A stretch of DNA of 63,155 nt, the filler included, from Octopus bimaculoides (lineage: Eukaryota), in the NCBI RefSeq assembly GCF_001194135.2. It is 6 parts of 6 records of this genome, joined end to end, with 100 filler letters (N's around TTAATTAATTAA, not from the genome) between each part and the next. Parts side by side here need not be neighbours in the genome. Positions count along the whole stretch, not along the records: positions 16,815 to 46,098 come from NC_068990.1; 5 more parts are not named here. One strand, given 5' to 3'. This document shows positions 22,637 to 35,360 of the stretch, piece after piece. The position numbers were made by a program, and so were the translations under genes. Position 1 is the stretch's first letter, and each line of letters begins with the position of its first letter. A model generated the notes under the pieces. That model searched no databases. It was not told the origin of the DNA and saw nothing but the letters and a program-made list of their open reading frames with translations.

Positions 22637-22985
22637 TGACATACATACATACATACATACATACATACATACATACATACGTGCATGCATGCATGCATGC
22701 ATATATACACATATATCTCTCACACACAGACATGTATGTGTTATTTTTATATACATTCTCCATATTTAACCGTCTCAATTATGTTGTTTAGTCTTCTAGT
22801 ATACGGTTGACTTGCGTTTTTTTATATTTTTTAATATTGGTAATTTTAGTTATCTTCCGCATTTTGTCTGAAGAGATTGTGATTTAGTCTACCGTTTGTA
22901 GTTTTTGAAGCACATTTCTAACGCTAGCGAATACTCGGACTTGAACGAATGTACAAATTTATATCTGCATTATATATTTACATCT

Positions 22986-23022
<37 letters not shown>

Positions 23023-25058
23023 CCTATGAATCTATCTATCTATCTGTCTTTTCTCTCTCTTTCTCTCTCTCTCTCTCTCTCGCTATATATATANNNNNNN
23101 NNNNNNNNNNNNNNNNNNNNNNNNNNNNNNNNNNNNNNNNNNNNNNNNNNNNNNNNNNNNNNNNNNNNNNNNNNNNNNNNNNNNNNNNNNNNNNNNNNNN
23201 NNNNNNNNNNNNNNNNNNNNNNNNNNNNNNNNNNNNNNNNNNNNNNNNNNNNNNNNNNNNNNNNNNNNNNNNNNNNNNNNNNNNNNNNNNNNNNNNNNNN
23301 NNNNNNNNNNNNNNNNNNNNNNNNNNNNNNNNNNNNNNNNNNNNNNNNNNNNNNNNNNNNNNATATATATATATATATATATACATATCTCTGTGTGTGT
23401 TGTGTGTGTGTGTATGTATGTACATATATACACACACAGACACACACACATACATTATACGTGCGTGTGTGCGTGTGTGCATGTATGTGACTACATTAGG
23501 ATCAAAACTAATGTAATTATTGTACTGAATATCATTTGGTTTATTTACTTACATACACTGTTGTTAAGTTCTCATGTACCTAATTATGTAAATATACACG
23601 CCTTATTCTAGCACACGTGTACACACATGTACACACTCACTTACACAGATGCAAACATACATACGCACTCTCTCTCTCTCTCTCGCGCACACACACACAC
23701 ACAAACACACCACACACATGTACACACAAACACATATAATTCATAGATATATTTATTTACATATTGAAACATTTATTTTTCTTTTATTATTTTATATATT
23801 TTATTTTGTATATTTTTCTATTACTTTATCATCTAGTTATTTCGTAATTATACATCAAGAGGCAACCAATTATTATTCCAAAGGATTTTATGCTTAGTTT
23901 TAATATATCCTAGCACTAAGTACCCAAATTTTGTTGAGTACATAAATACCTATATCACCATTCAGTAGTGATGGGAATACAGCCATCGTTCTGATTAATA
24001 TCGCATTCCTAGATGTAGAGTTTCTTTATCAGCAGAGAAAGATGTGTGAAATGACCGAACGTATATTTTAGATGAAACGAAATAATAAACCTTGTGTTTT
24101 ATTACTTCCTTCTGAACAATCTTTCAGACAGTCTTGTGTTAAGGCTGAACATTTCTAAGTTGCTGTCACTTCCTTCTCTTAAACTATTCTTAAGCTCGAG
24201 ACAAACAAAATCTAAGGTTTAAGACTATTTCTCTTACAATTCATCCTTAAACTTCTTTAACAGACATTTCAAAAGAAAACCTGACTGGAAACTGGAATCC
24301 CTTGAAATGAAGGGTTTACAATTTCAAGGCAAAAGAAATATTGGAGGATTTGGTAAATATGTAGCGGAATGTGATGTTGAGGGATCAATATAGTTGTCAG
24401 GTGTAGTAGATGATGTTAGCCGTGTTGGACCGATATCAATGACACAAACCATCACTAATTTCCCTGGATCCAACCATCTATTTCCGCTAATTTTTGCAGT
24501 CATATCGCCACAGCCGTATTATGGCTGCTATTATTGTTATTGTTACTACATTTATGTTTATTACAAAGTTTCTTCCTGTTAATGTCATATTCGCTTTTTC
24601 TTTCATAAAGCAGGAAATCTTGTGACAATGAATAGTTTACAGGAATTGATTTTTGTTACGTGCCATGGAATCTTGACATCAAAGTAGAACATCAAAACAC
24701 TATTTACGTTTACTCCTTACTAACTATTTGGTCTAAATTCTTTGGCGGTCGAAACGTACATTCTACCTGCAATCGCTGCCAACAGTGATAAGAATCATAA
24801 CAACAAGATAAAAAAATCTGCCATTTAAGTTAAATATAATTTTAAAACACAAAGCACTGTTTATAGTTGCGTTCTTTCATGTCGGGAAACCATTTCTAAA
24901 TTCAGTAGAGACCGGAAATGTTTTAAGTATTTCGGCGCATGACAAACGGGAATATCATTATTTAACAGGAAGTTGATGAACTCTGGAATGCCACGCTAAA
25001 TGTTGATATAAGATATTTAAAAACGAGACAGATTGAAAATGAAATATGAACATATGCA

Positions 25059-25098
<40 letters not shown>

Positions 25099-25103
25099 CA
25101 GAC

Positions 25104-25166
<63 letters not shown>

Positions 25167-25517
25167 AATGTAGTGGAAGTGTGAAAATAAACAAAGAAAC
25201 TGTGGAGGGTAGAAAGAAAAGNNNNNNNNNNNNNNNNNNNNNNNNNNNNNNNNNNNNNNNNNNNNNNNNNNNNNNNNNNNNNNNNNNNNNNNNNNNNNNN
25301 NNNNNNNNNNNNNNNNNNNNNNNNNNNNNNNNNNNNNNNNNNNNNNNNNNNNNNNNNNNNNNNNNNNNNNNNNNNNNNNNNNNNNNNNNNNNNNNNNNNN
25401 NNNNNNNNNNNNNNNNNNNNNNNNNNNNNNNNNNNNNNNNNNNNNNNNNNNNNNNNNNNNNNNNNNNNNNNNNNNNNNNNNNNNNNNNNNNNNNNNNNNN
25501 NNNNNNNNNNNNNNNNN

Positions 25518-25563
<46 letters not shown>

Positions 25564-25667
25564 AGTCGACGCGGTTAATATTCCTTTTTATCATTAGCAG
25601 GAAAAACATCTATGGAGATATAATTTCATTGGGACACCTATTGGAAAAGAATGACTGGATGTAGTAA

Positions 25668-25845
25668 TTAATGTGGAGACTGCTGAAGTGGAGAGGCTAC
25701 AATACGGGTTAGGGGACTAGGAGAGACGAGTGAGACATGAGTACCAGAGAGAATTGGGGTGGGTGGGCAGGACGAGACCACCCAGTTTCGAAGGGCAGAA
25801 GTCACGACAGTGGAGATCGAAATATTAGGGGGAGAGATATTACGC
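25668..25845 (-). CDS. Candidate terminal coding exon, Ser/Pro-rich 58 aa (RNISPPNISIST...LQQSPH*)
   Basis: ctaac + tttggttttcAG acceptor; only one frame is open, to a TAA; GC is higher than the flanks. No upstream exon was found. Confidence 0.35.
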
Positions 25846-26104
25846 CTGAAAACCAAAGGTTAGGGTTAAATGAGTGACATCACATCGATCAATCAATATG
25901 TCGTAACTCTTTTAATGTTGTTCGCACACATGGCCAGCAGTTTTGTTTGTTCTCTGGAAGTCATGATCATGAGGATCAACATCATCATGATCAACGTCGT
26001 TGTCGTCTTTGTTGATGATGATGTTGATGATGCTGATGACAAAATGTCTTCACGCATCATTTCCGTGTTTATAGGATTGTGGGATTAAGGATAATTTTAA
26101 ACTT

Positions 26105-26480
26105 AATAATTATTGTAAACAAGATAATCTACTATATAGGTGTATAGTTGAATCAGAAGGTAATGAATACTATTATATCGGTTCAATCGAAAACCAAATT
26201 AAACGGCGTATTGCGAACCATGAGAGTTGCTTTAAGAATAAACAAAATAAATAATACAAGTCTCAACAAATTTATATGGATGTTAAAAGATAATAAGAAA
26301 AATTACAAAATTAAATGGGAAATTATTATCTTATAGAATTTCAGGTAACAAATGTCGATTGCGTACAGAAGAGATATTTCAGGTACTATCCTCTAAACAC
26401 AAACTAATTAACTCGAGAAACGCGAATATAACTTGTTGTCATTGCTCTAAGTATGTTTTTAGAAAATTCAATTAATAAAA
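26105..26480 (+). mobile_element. Penelope-like GIY-YIG endonuclease relic
   Basis: NYCKQDNLLYRCIVESEGNEYYYIGSIENQIKRRIANHESCF, frameshift, NTSLNKFIWMLKDNKKNYKIKWEII, then SGNKCRLRTEE. Confidence 0.8.
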
Positions 26481-26852
26481 GCATAAAACTGAACATTAAA
26501 GATACAAGCATAATAAAATAAGTGCAACTTAATTTATAAGCCAAACATAAGATATAAATAATATAAATAATAATATATACTATATATCATATAATATAAT
26601 ACGCACACAAATTAACTTAGGCAGTAAACATCCGTATACAAACATGCACAGCACTCACACACAAACTAAAATAGACGACAGACTATCCATATTTTGTAAT
26701 TTTTATTTTTGTTATCATTTTCATTAATATTAATTTTTTATTTTTATCATTTATCTTTATTTTTATATACTTTGATTTATTATTATTGTTATATTTAAAG
26801 AAATTATTATCATTATATTTAAATAAAAATAAACAACTATTAACGCGCACGT

Positions 26853-26883
<31 letters not shown>

Positions 26884-27260
26884 TAAGTAAACACGCTTTC
26901 AGCTGCATGGTTTATTGGAGTATCTCAACTGATCAACATGTAAACTCCATAATGTCCTTTGTTCTGAAGACATTTCACTCAAGAGCTTCAAAATGCAAAC
27001 TTATTTTATTATATATGTTTTGTAGTTTGCATTGAGTGTAAATTGAAACAATTTTAGGCAATGTCAATTAATTAATAAATTAATTTATATCCATTAAATC
27101 TCTTCATTTTCTTATTTTATAATATTTGATATTTTACAATATATTTATTAAAGAAATATCTCTTCAAAATATAATATATTAAACCAGTGCATCTGGATAA
27201 AACTATCCCTATAAGAGGTTTTATATATCCTCATAGTGACTATANNNNNNNNNNCACACA

Positions 27261-27766
27261 AAATTAATATAACAACAGGTTGCAATGTTTCACCAAAAAG
27301 GAGAATTATAATTATCCCTAAATTTGATTAGGGTGTTAAAAAACTCATTGCTAGAAATAAGAGCTTAAATGCTCTGATGTTGTACTTAACGCACATGAGT
27401 GAAAACATACACTAACAGGGACCATAATTGTCCGAAAAACATCGACCGAGAATTCTTAAGACCGACGTCAGTTTCGGCAATTTCCGTTGCCTCATCAGTT
27501 AAGCCCGCTCGGTGTTCGGCTTTTTCCGGACCTGTTTCTCTATTAGTATTTATGTTTTCGTCATCCAAATTAATGAATGATTTTGCGATTCGCATATGTG
27601 ATTACATTAAATTAATATAAACAGCAGGTTGCAATGCTTCACCAAAAAGGAGAATTATAATTGTCAGTAAATGTGAGTAGAGTTAACTACAGCATTAGAG
27701 CATTTTACCTCCTATTTCTAGCAATGTAGGTGTTTTTTAACATCCTAGTTACATTTAGTGACAATT
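27261..27766. repeat. Diverged duplication with an internally inverted segment
   Basis: Direct repeat 27261-27313 / 27609-27662; segment 27329-27390 matches the reverse complement of 27682-27747. Confidence 0.8.
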
Positions 27767-27790
27767 CTATCTATCCATCTATCTATATAA

Positions 27791-27825
<35 letters not shown>

Positions 27826-27835
27826 NNNNNNNNNN

Positions 27836-29062
27836 CGTCATGGCATCATAATTTTGAAATATCTATAAAACCGCCAAAAGCTTGTTTATTTTTATGTGTT
27901 GGGGTTTATTATTAGTGTTTTGCTAAAATTGCTGTTTCTTTTCAGATATCATCAAAAGAAGGTAATCAAAATTCATTAAAATGACAGATCTATCGGACTT
28001 TCAAAGAGGTCAAATTGTTGGTGTTCGTATGGCAGGGACTAGCATAACGAAAACAGCTGACATTTTGGTGTATCAAGAAGTACTGTCCCGAAAGTAATGA
28101 CAGCCTTTGGGAAAGAGAGAAAATAAGTCGAAATAAAACTCCGGAAAAAAACCAAAACTTTCAAATAGGGAGCGTCAGATTCTTACGCGAATTGTTAGAA
28201 AGGATCACAAAAGTACAACTCCCAAAATTACTGCAGAGCTTAATGACCACCTCGAGAACCCAGTTTCCACAAAAACTGCTCTCCGGGAGCTGCATAAAGC
28301 CAGATTTCCTGGGAGGGATGCAATCAGAAAACCACTTCTTTCACAAACAAACGTTGCAAAGTGTTTAGAGTGGAGCAAAATCCTACAGAATTGGTCCCTA
28401 GAGCAGTGGAAGAATGCTATTTTCTCGGACGAGTCATCCTTTACCTTATTTCCGACCACCGGCCGAATATACGTGTGGTGACAGCCAAAAGAAGCATTTG
28501 ACCCAGACTGCCTTCTTCCAACTGTTAAACATGGAGGAGGATCTGTGATGATCTGGGGAAGGGCTATATCGTGGAAATCCGCCGGCCCAATAGTTTCCCT
28601 TCATGGCAGAATTAATAGTCAAGACTATTTAAGCATTTTTACTCATCAAATTCATCTTATGGTTGCGGAACTGTTTCCGGGGGGAAACGCAATCTTTTAG
28701 GATGGTAATGCACCAATTCACACAGCTAAAGTTGTTACTGAATGGCACGAAGAACATTCTAGTGAAGTTGAATATGTTATCTGGCCACCACAGTCCCCAG
28801 ATCTCAATATTATTGAACAATTTATGGTGCAGTTTAGAAAAGCCAGCAAGAGGACGATATCCTCCACCATCATCACTACAAGAACGGGAGACTGTTTTAG
28901 CTGAAGAATAGAAAAAAGTTCCTTTGGAAACAATTCAAACTTTGTACTAGCCCATACCTCGTAGAATTCAAGCTGCAATTACTGCCAAAGGCGGTCCTAC
29001 CCCATATCAAAATAAATTTGTTTAAAATTTTAAGGTATTTCCATTATTTTGTCCAGCCCCTG
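27836..29062 (+). mobile_element. Tc1-family (DD34E) DNA transposon, transposase pseudogene 27981-~29009
   Basis: MTDLSDFQRGQIVG...IFSDESSF...TVKHGGGSVMIW...F*DGNAPIHTA...WPPQSPDLNIIE...GGPTPY, with stops and frameshifts. Right end ccattattttgtccagcccctg followed by TA; the left TIR was not found (gap). Confidence 0.93.
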
Positions 29063-29817
29063 TATATATATGTATGTATATATACACCTCTCACATACAC
29101 AATACTCACTCATATACATAACACATACGCACGCACGAAAACATACACAATATACACATACACGCACGCATAAAAAATATACACACACGCACACACGGAA
29201 ACACATACAGACACGCATAAACACACACACACCCGTACCTAACACTCACAATCCCACACGCACACGCACATCCACACATATACACACACACGCACACACC
29301 CACATACACACACACTTCTCACCAACACTACACACTCACACAGACACGCATACAATCATACACACATGGGCATAAACAACACACGCATATACAATAGCAA
29401 NNNNNNNNNNNNNNNNNNNNNNNNNNNNNNNNNNNNNNNNNNNNNNNNNNNNNNNNNNNNNNNNNNNNNNNNNNNNNNNNNNNNNNNNNNNNNNNNNNNN
29501 NNNNNNNNNNNNNNNNNNNNNNNNNNNNNNNNNNNNNNNNNNNNNNNNNNNNNNNNNNNNNNNNNNNNNNNNNNNNNNNNNNNNNNNNNNNNNNNNNNNN
29601 NNNNNNNNNNNNNNNNNNNNNNNNNNNNNNNNNNNNNNNNNNNNNNNNNNNNNNNNNNNNNNNNNNNNNNNNNNNNNNNNNNNNNNNNNNNNNNNNNNNN
29701 NNNNNNNNNNNNNNNNNNNNNNNNNNNNNNNNNNNNNNNNNNNNNNNNNNNACCTCGTGGGCATCGGTACCATTTTCCTCTTTCTCCGTTCTTTCATTCT
29801 CCGAACTTTCCATCTTT

Positions 29818-29874
29818 CCGACGAAGGGCTACGCCTGAAACGTCATACACTCTCTCTTTCCTTTCCTGAGCGTC
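29818..29874 (+). ncRNA. Degenerate Penelope-type hammerhead ribozyme core
   Basis: CCGACGA-A-GGGC(tac)GCCT-GAAACGTC has a 6/7 match to CUGANGA, a stem II and GAAA. Helix I pairing is not evident. Confidence 0.4.
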
Positions 29875-30828
29875 CAATAATACTATCCATATCACGTCCT
29901 CACTTTGTTGTTTTTTTGTTTTTTTGTTATTGTTTTTTTGAACTAAACAGGCCACATAGAGAACATTTCCTTCATCAGCTGCCCCTATTCTAAACTAAGC
30001 GTTTCGAAGAGTTAGGGCAGGACGCATTGTTAGAATAGCCCTTCCCGCGGAAACAAATTAAATGAAATTTGTAATGCGGGGGAATATAGTAGCTAACAGA
30101 AAACACGACAAGAAAACGAAACAGTGCAAATAAACAAGAAGGGCTGTGAGGTCAGACGTGAAAAAAATATATGTATACTGAACGCTGTGATGTGACGAAC
30201 TTGAAGGGAAGAGAGAAGAAAGTTCGTGCTAGCTTGGCAGTGGCCAAGAGAAGAAAGAAAGCAGTAGCCGGTCACATGTGACCAACGAGGGATAAGGAGA
30301 AAGAGTGGTAGAGAGAGAAAAAAGGAGAGGAAGTTGAACACGAAAGACAGGGAGGAAGAGAAAGGGATATAGTAGTGAAGGGGAGAGGCGAAGAACAACA
30401 GAAGGAAGAACGAGAGCGGGAGAAAGATATAAAGATAGATAGAGTGCGCGTCAGAAATACAACGTTAAAACTTACTTGCAAAAGGGACATGTGCATTCGA
30501 TCATATAATAATAATACAAATAATATGTGAGTATATGCATATATACGTACATGTGTATATATATCTATATCTATCTATATATATATATACATATACATTC
30601 ACACACACTCACATGCACACACATATGTATATACGTATATTCGCATATTTGGCATTTCTAATCCAAGTTGAGTTTTAAGTATCAAATATATATTCACTCT
30701 AATATGTTTAAATCGAATACACTTTTCATTATCATTGTGCGCGCGCGCGTGTGTGTAAACATGTCGAACTAAAACTTTAAAATGCTTATTCTATCACACT
30801 TTCCACTCACCTGCATACACGCACCTCC

Positions 30829-30859
<31 letters not shown>

Positions 30860-31524
30860 AGAAGCACCACCACACCATCACCACCATTATCACCAGTTTC
30901 TGTTGTATTACATAATCAACGCCGACTCCCAAATAAACCCCTTTCTTACTATTCTTAATCACACAAACTGATTATTAATGTACCCAGTGTCGGCACATGT
31001 TGTCGGAGAGTTTTGGGTACACATGGAAGAGACCTAGATTCAAGCAAAGATAATATTAGATAATATTACAATATTGTTTGTGAGCGCCGTAGGGGAGAGT
31101 GCGGCCTCCTGCGAAGCGAATCTTAGGTTCTGCTTACGATTTTCCGTTAACCGTTGGCTTCACCTACATCAGCTTGCCCTCACAGGAAAGGCATGAACGC
31201 TACATCAGCTAATTTCTATTCCCCTGTAAAGTAATAAGTCGTTACACCCATAGACCCATTTATATATTGAATTTAAATATAAGCACGTTTGCACGCAGTC
31301 ACATATGTATATGTGTGTGCATGTAATATGCATGTAATAATATATATGCACAAACACGCACGCACATATGTATATGCGTGTGTATATAGGAGTGTGTATT
31401 TATGTACATATACACATACACACATAGAAATATTTTAGCAAGGAATGCACATTTGCGCACACAAACACGTACAGAAAATAATGACAAAACAAGCAGATTA
31501 ACTGACAAGCCTACATCAAGCACG

Positions 31525-31606
<82 letters not shown>

Positions 31607-32449
31607 CAAATAAACTGGCCCGGTAGCAGCTGTTTCATCTGAGGTAATCTAACCACTCCGTCTAAATTGGTTAAAAGTCGTCGGGCTGGGACGATGCAAC
31701 AAACTCCTTCCTAGCCTCGTTCTCATCCAATGTCTGTCTCTACTTAAAGAAGACTATTGCTTTTCTTGGAACAGTTACAAGAAAAATACGATCATATCAC
31801 TAAATATATCACCAAGATAGAGATACCCTGCGGTAAATACTAGCAGCGTGGATTTTATAGACGAGATACCAGTATGTGTTTGTGTTGTCGTGTATACATA
31901 CTTACATACATATGTGAGCGTATGTATGTATGTATGTATGTATGTATGTATGTATGTATGTATGTATGTATGTACGTATGTATGTATGCATGTATGTATG
32001 TGTGTGTAGATATGTATATATGTATATATGCATATATATTTTATTTTTATATATATATATATATATAATATATATNNNNNNNNNNNNNNNNNNNNNNNNN
32101 NNNNNNNNNNNNNNNNNNNNNNNNNNNNNNNNNNNNNNNNNNNNNNNNNNNNNNNNNNNNNNNNNNNNNNNNNNNNNNNNNNNNNNNNNNNNNNNNNNNN
32201 NNNNNNNNNNNNNNNNNNNNNNNNNNNNNNNNNNNNNNNNNNNNNNNNNNNNNNNNNNNNNNNNNNNNNNNNNNNNNNNNNNNNNNNNNNNNNNNNNNNN
32301 NTATGTGTGTGTCTATCAATATATGTATGGTGTTAATTTTATGGTACCTATGTACATGAAAACATATGCAAATCTATACTCCACTTTTAAGAACACACTC
32401 ACACACATACACACTAGCACATGCACATACATATACACACACACACACA

Positions 32450-32482
<33 letters not shown>

Positions 32483-32574
32483 CACAAGCGCACATTTTCT
32501 TTTACTTGCTAAGTCTGGAGGAAGAGTTAGAGCCAATGACTCTTGCAGGCCCTTTGACACTGATGAGGTCGATG

Positions 32575-33345
32575 TCATTAATGAGGTTCAAGCCGTTTAA
32601 ACCGTTGTAGGTCAATATCTGCAGGAAAGACGTGAAGGGGGCAAGAGAGATTCCAGGGGAAGTTGTTTTGTGGAAGAAGGACGAGTCACAAGGGTTAGAG
32701 AAGGTTGGGGGGGGGACGAACACTGCAAAGTTGACGGAAGGTGGGAAGACTTTCCGTTCTGGGTACCTGAATTGTAGAGATATGAAATCAGCCATGCTAA
32801 GGAAGAGATATCTTTATAGTAATTATAGAAAAGAAAGAAGAAACTACATGTGTATGGGTCAGAGGCTGGAACCTGTTTAGGCTGGTGATTGGACGAGATG
32901 AGTGACACTTCTTTTGATACGATCCAGGATGTCAGTATGTTTAGCAGCTGCATAGCGCCAAATGTGGGAGCAGTGCTCAATTGTCGGCCTCACTTGAGTC
33001 TTGTAGAATGTCAACCACTGACGAGAATTGAAATGTTTTCTGGCCCTGCAGAGAAAATCCGGTTTTTCAGAAGTGGTCCTAGCTATTCTAAGGATCTTTT
33101 TGCCAGAAGAGATTTTCAATGGTTGTGAAACCCAGCATTTAGAGAGCAACTGTGAGGGATCTAGCTAAATATTGTTCATGGTCAGTTGTGGAGAGTGTGG
33201 GGCAGTGGTGTTTTCTTGTTATGAGTAATGCTTAAGTTTTCTTTTTTTACTGCTAAAAAGAAATAAGGTTGGTGTGACCCCACAGGGGGTGGGTCTCTCA
33301 AGGTCTTTGTTTAGTGTCTAGGTTGTGTATGGATGGTACATGGTT
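32575..33345 (-). mobile_element. CR1/Jockey-group LINE, post-RT C-terminal relic
   Basis: ILRIARTTSEKPDFLCRARKHFNSRQWLTFYKTQVRPTIEHCSHIW...LDRIKR matches the AS.KLGFL.RA..YF....LYK..VRP..EYCS.IW pattern. Confidence 0.8.
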
Positions 33346-33477
33346 AGAAAAGGTTGGGAAGGAATACACATACACACCCACGCGCACATATGTGGCTATA
33401 CATACATAACATAAATACATATATATATGTATGTGTGTGTGCGTGTATATATATACTTATATATATATTTTGGGGGT

Positions 33478-33737
33478 GCGGTTTTGCGTTTTCTATGCCG
33501 TATGTGTTGTCCCCAGCTGGACGGGACGCCAGTCCATCGCAGCGTTACTCAAGAAACAGGAAGAAAGAGTGAAGGAAAGTTGGAGCGAAAGAGTACAACA
33601 GGGTCACCATCCCCACCCCACCGCTGGAGCCTCGTGGAGCTTAGGTGTCTTCGCTCAATAAGCACTCACAACGCCCCGCCTGGGAATCGAAACCGCGATC
33701 CTTCGACCGCGAGTCCGCTGCCCTAACCACTGGGCCA
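33478..33737 (-). mobile_element. Chimeric SINE: family C 5' part plus family D 3' part
   Basis: 33552-33737 matches the 5' ~190 bp of family C; 33478-33551 (tgagtaacgctgcgatggactggcgtcccgtccagctgggga-c-aacacatacg) matches the 3' part of family D. Confidence 0.85.
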
Positions 33738-33899
33738 CNNNNNNNNNNNNNNNNNNNNNNNNNNNNNNNNNNNNNNNNNNNNNNNNNNNNNNNNNNNNNN
33801 NNNNNNNNNNNNNNNNNNNNNNNNNNNNNNNNNNNNNNNNNNNNNNNNNNNNNNNNNNNNNNNNNNNNNNNNNNNNNNNNNNNNNNNNNNNNNNNNNNN

Positions 33900-33949
<50 letters not shown>

Positions 33950-34479
33950 TGTATACCTTGATGTAGTACAGTTGAGCAGATATTTTCAAACCATTGTATT
34001 TCATTTGTATCGACTGATATGAATGGTATTTGTGTACAATTTCTTACGTTACCACTTGATACGTACATATTAACTGCATTCGAAATACCGGCAATTGACT
34101 TTGTGGTTATTCCAGTATATGCATACATGTGATTATTCCAATATACACAGCGTGCGCGCGCGCGCACGCACGCACGTACACACACATGTGTGTATTACAT
34201 CAAAGAACTTGGAGTAGCGAGTGAGTGAAGTTTCAGCTTGCAGTAAGTAAAATAAATAAACTCAAGCGGAGGTATTGAGTGCCCTGCTTTATACCATTTC
34301 GCCTTGTATCCTTGGGGGATGAATAAACTAAACTTCAATTATTGAGTCCAATGCCAATGCTACCACCGACATCAGGCCGAGTATTTATATTAAAAATTCT
34401 TGTTGTTATCTGGATAATAGATCGCCAGTAGAGCAAACGGACAAAATACCTTGTTGTATTTAGTGGTTAAAGAAAGGAG

Positions 34480-34645
34480 AGAGCCGTGGGGAGATAGAAT
34501 CGATAGAGTGACGGATAAAATACCTTAGGGTATTTAACTCACTTTACACTTGAAGTTCGATCCCGCTGCGACTGATTGTGTATTTTCTCCTTCTGGAATA
34601 AAGCAATAAAATAAATACCAGCTGGATCCTGGGTCAGCTATCACC
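34480..34645 (+). mobile_element. Old, diverged SINE family B-like copy
   Basis: gatagaatcgatagagtgacggataaaataccttagggtattt...gaagttcgatcccgc...aataaataccagctgg. Confidence 0.5.
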
Positions 34646-35360
34646 TATGTTAGACATCCCACATCTGAGCCTAAGGAAGAAATCCATTGTAGTGACAGTT
34701 GTGGGATTTTCTTTACTATATGAATTGGTGTATCTCTGGGAACAGACAATGACTCACACACAAACATACACAACATACATACAACTGTTGTGTAAATTCC
34801 ATTAACCACCGCCTTAGCGGTACAAACTTTTATAGGTGGACAAATTTGGATGGTTCTGCATGATGGCTGTTGGTGTTTGGGTCTTAGACTGTGATGCGAG
34901 CTCTAGAAAACTATGCTATCCAGACAACTATAATTTACCTTCATGCCTTTTCAGTTGAAGAGCTTTTGATGTCTATGTGTGAATGGGAAAATGGTTACTT
35001 GAGGCAGAAATTCCAAGCTATGTTGTTCGTGAAGTTCATTTTGCCGAATGCTGTTGCTTCTATGTGCCTGGGTGTTTCTTTAGATGCTATTTTTCGATAG
35101 AGTAACTTCTTGTTAGTGGTTTGTTGTTTAGAAGGTTGCACAGTTTAAAATATCCCTTGATACGAGTAAGTTAGATATGTTTCTAAAGCTGGGGTGAGTG
35201 GTTATTGGTATTTTTGCGATTATATTTGATTTCTTCCTTTCTAACATGTAGTGTTTGCCTTAAGTCAGGTGTAGTGTGTCATCTAAAACATTAACTATTC
35301 TTAGATTGGTAATATTCGGAGTGTGTTCCATAAATAGCCTATAAAATCCATCCTCTTTTG

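Noticed and set aside
27386-27595. 69-aa protein-like minus ORF (SFINLDDENINTNRETGPEK...)
   Set aside because: It lies within the rearranged duplication and has no acceptable splice acceptor.
30995-31250. GC-richer TG...CA segment as a solo LTR
   Set aside because: No matching TSD and no second copy in the window.
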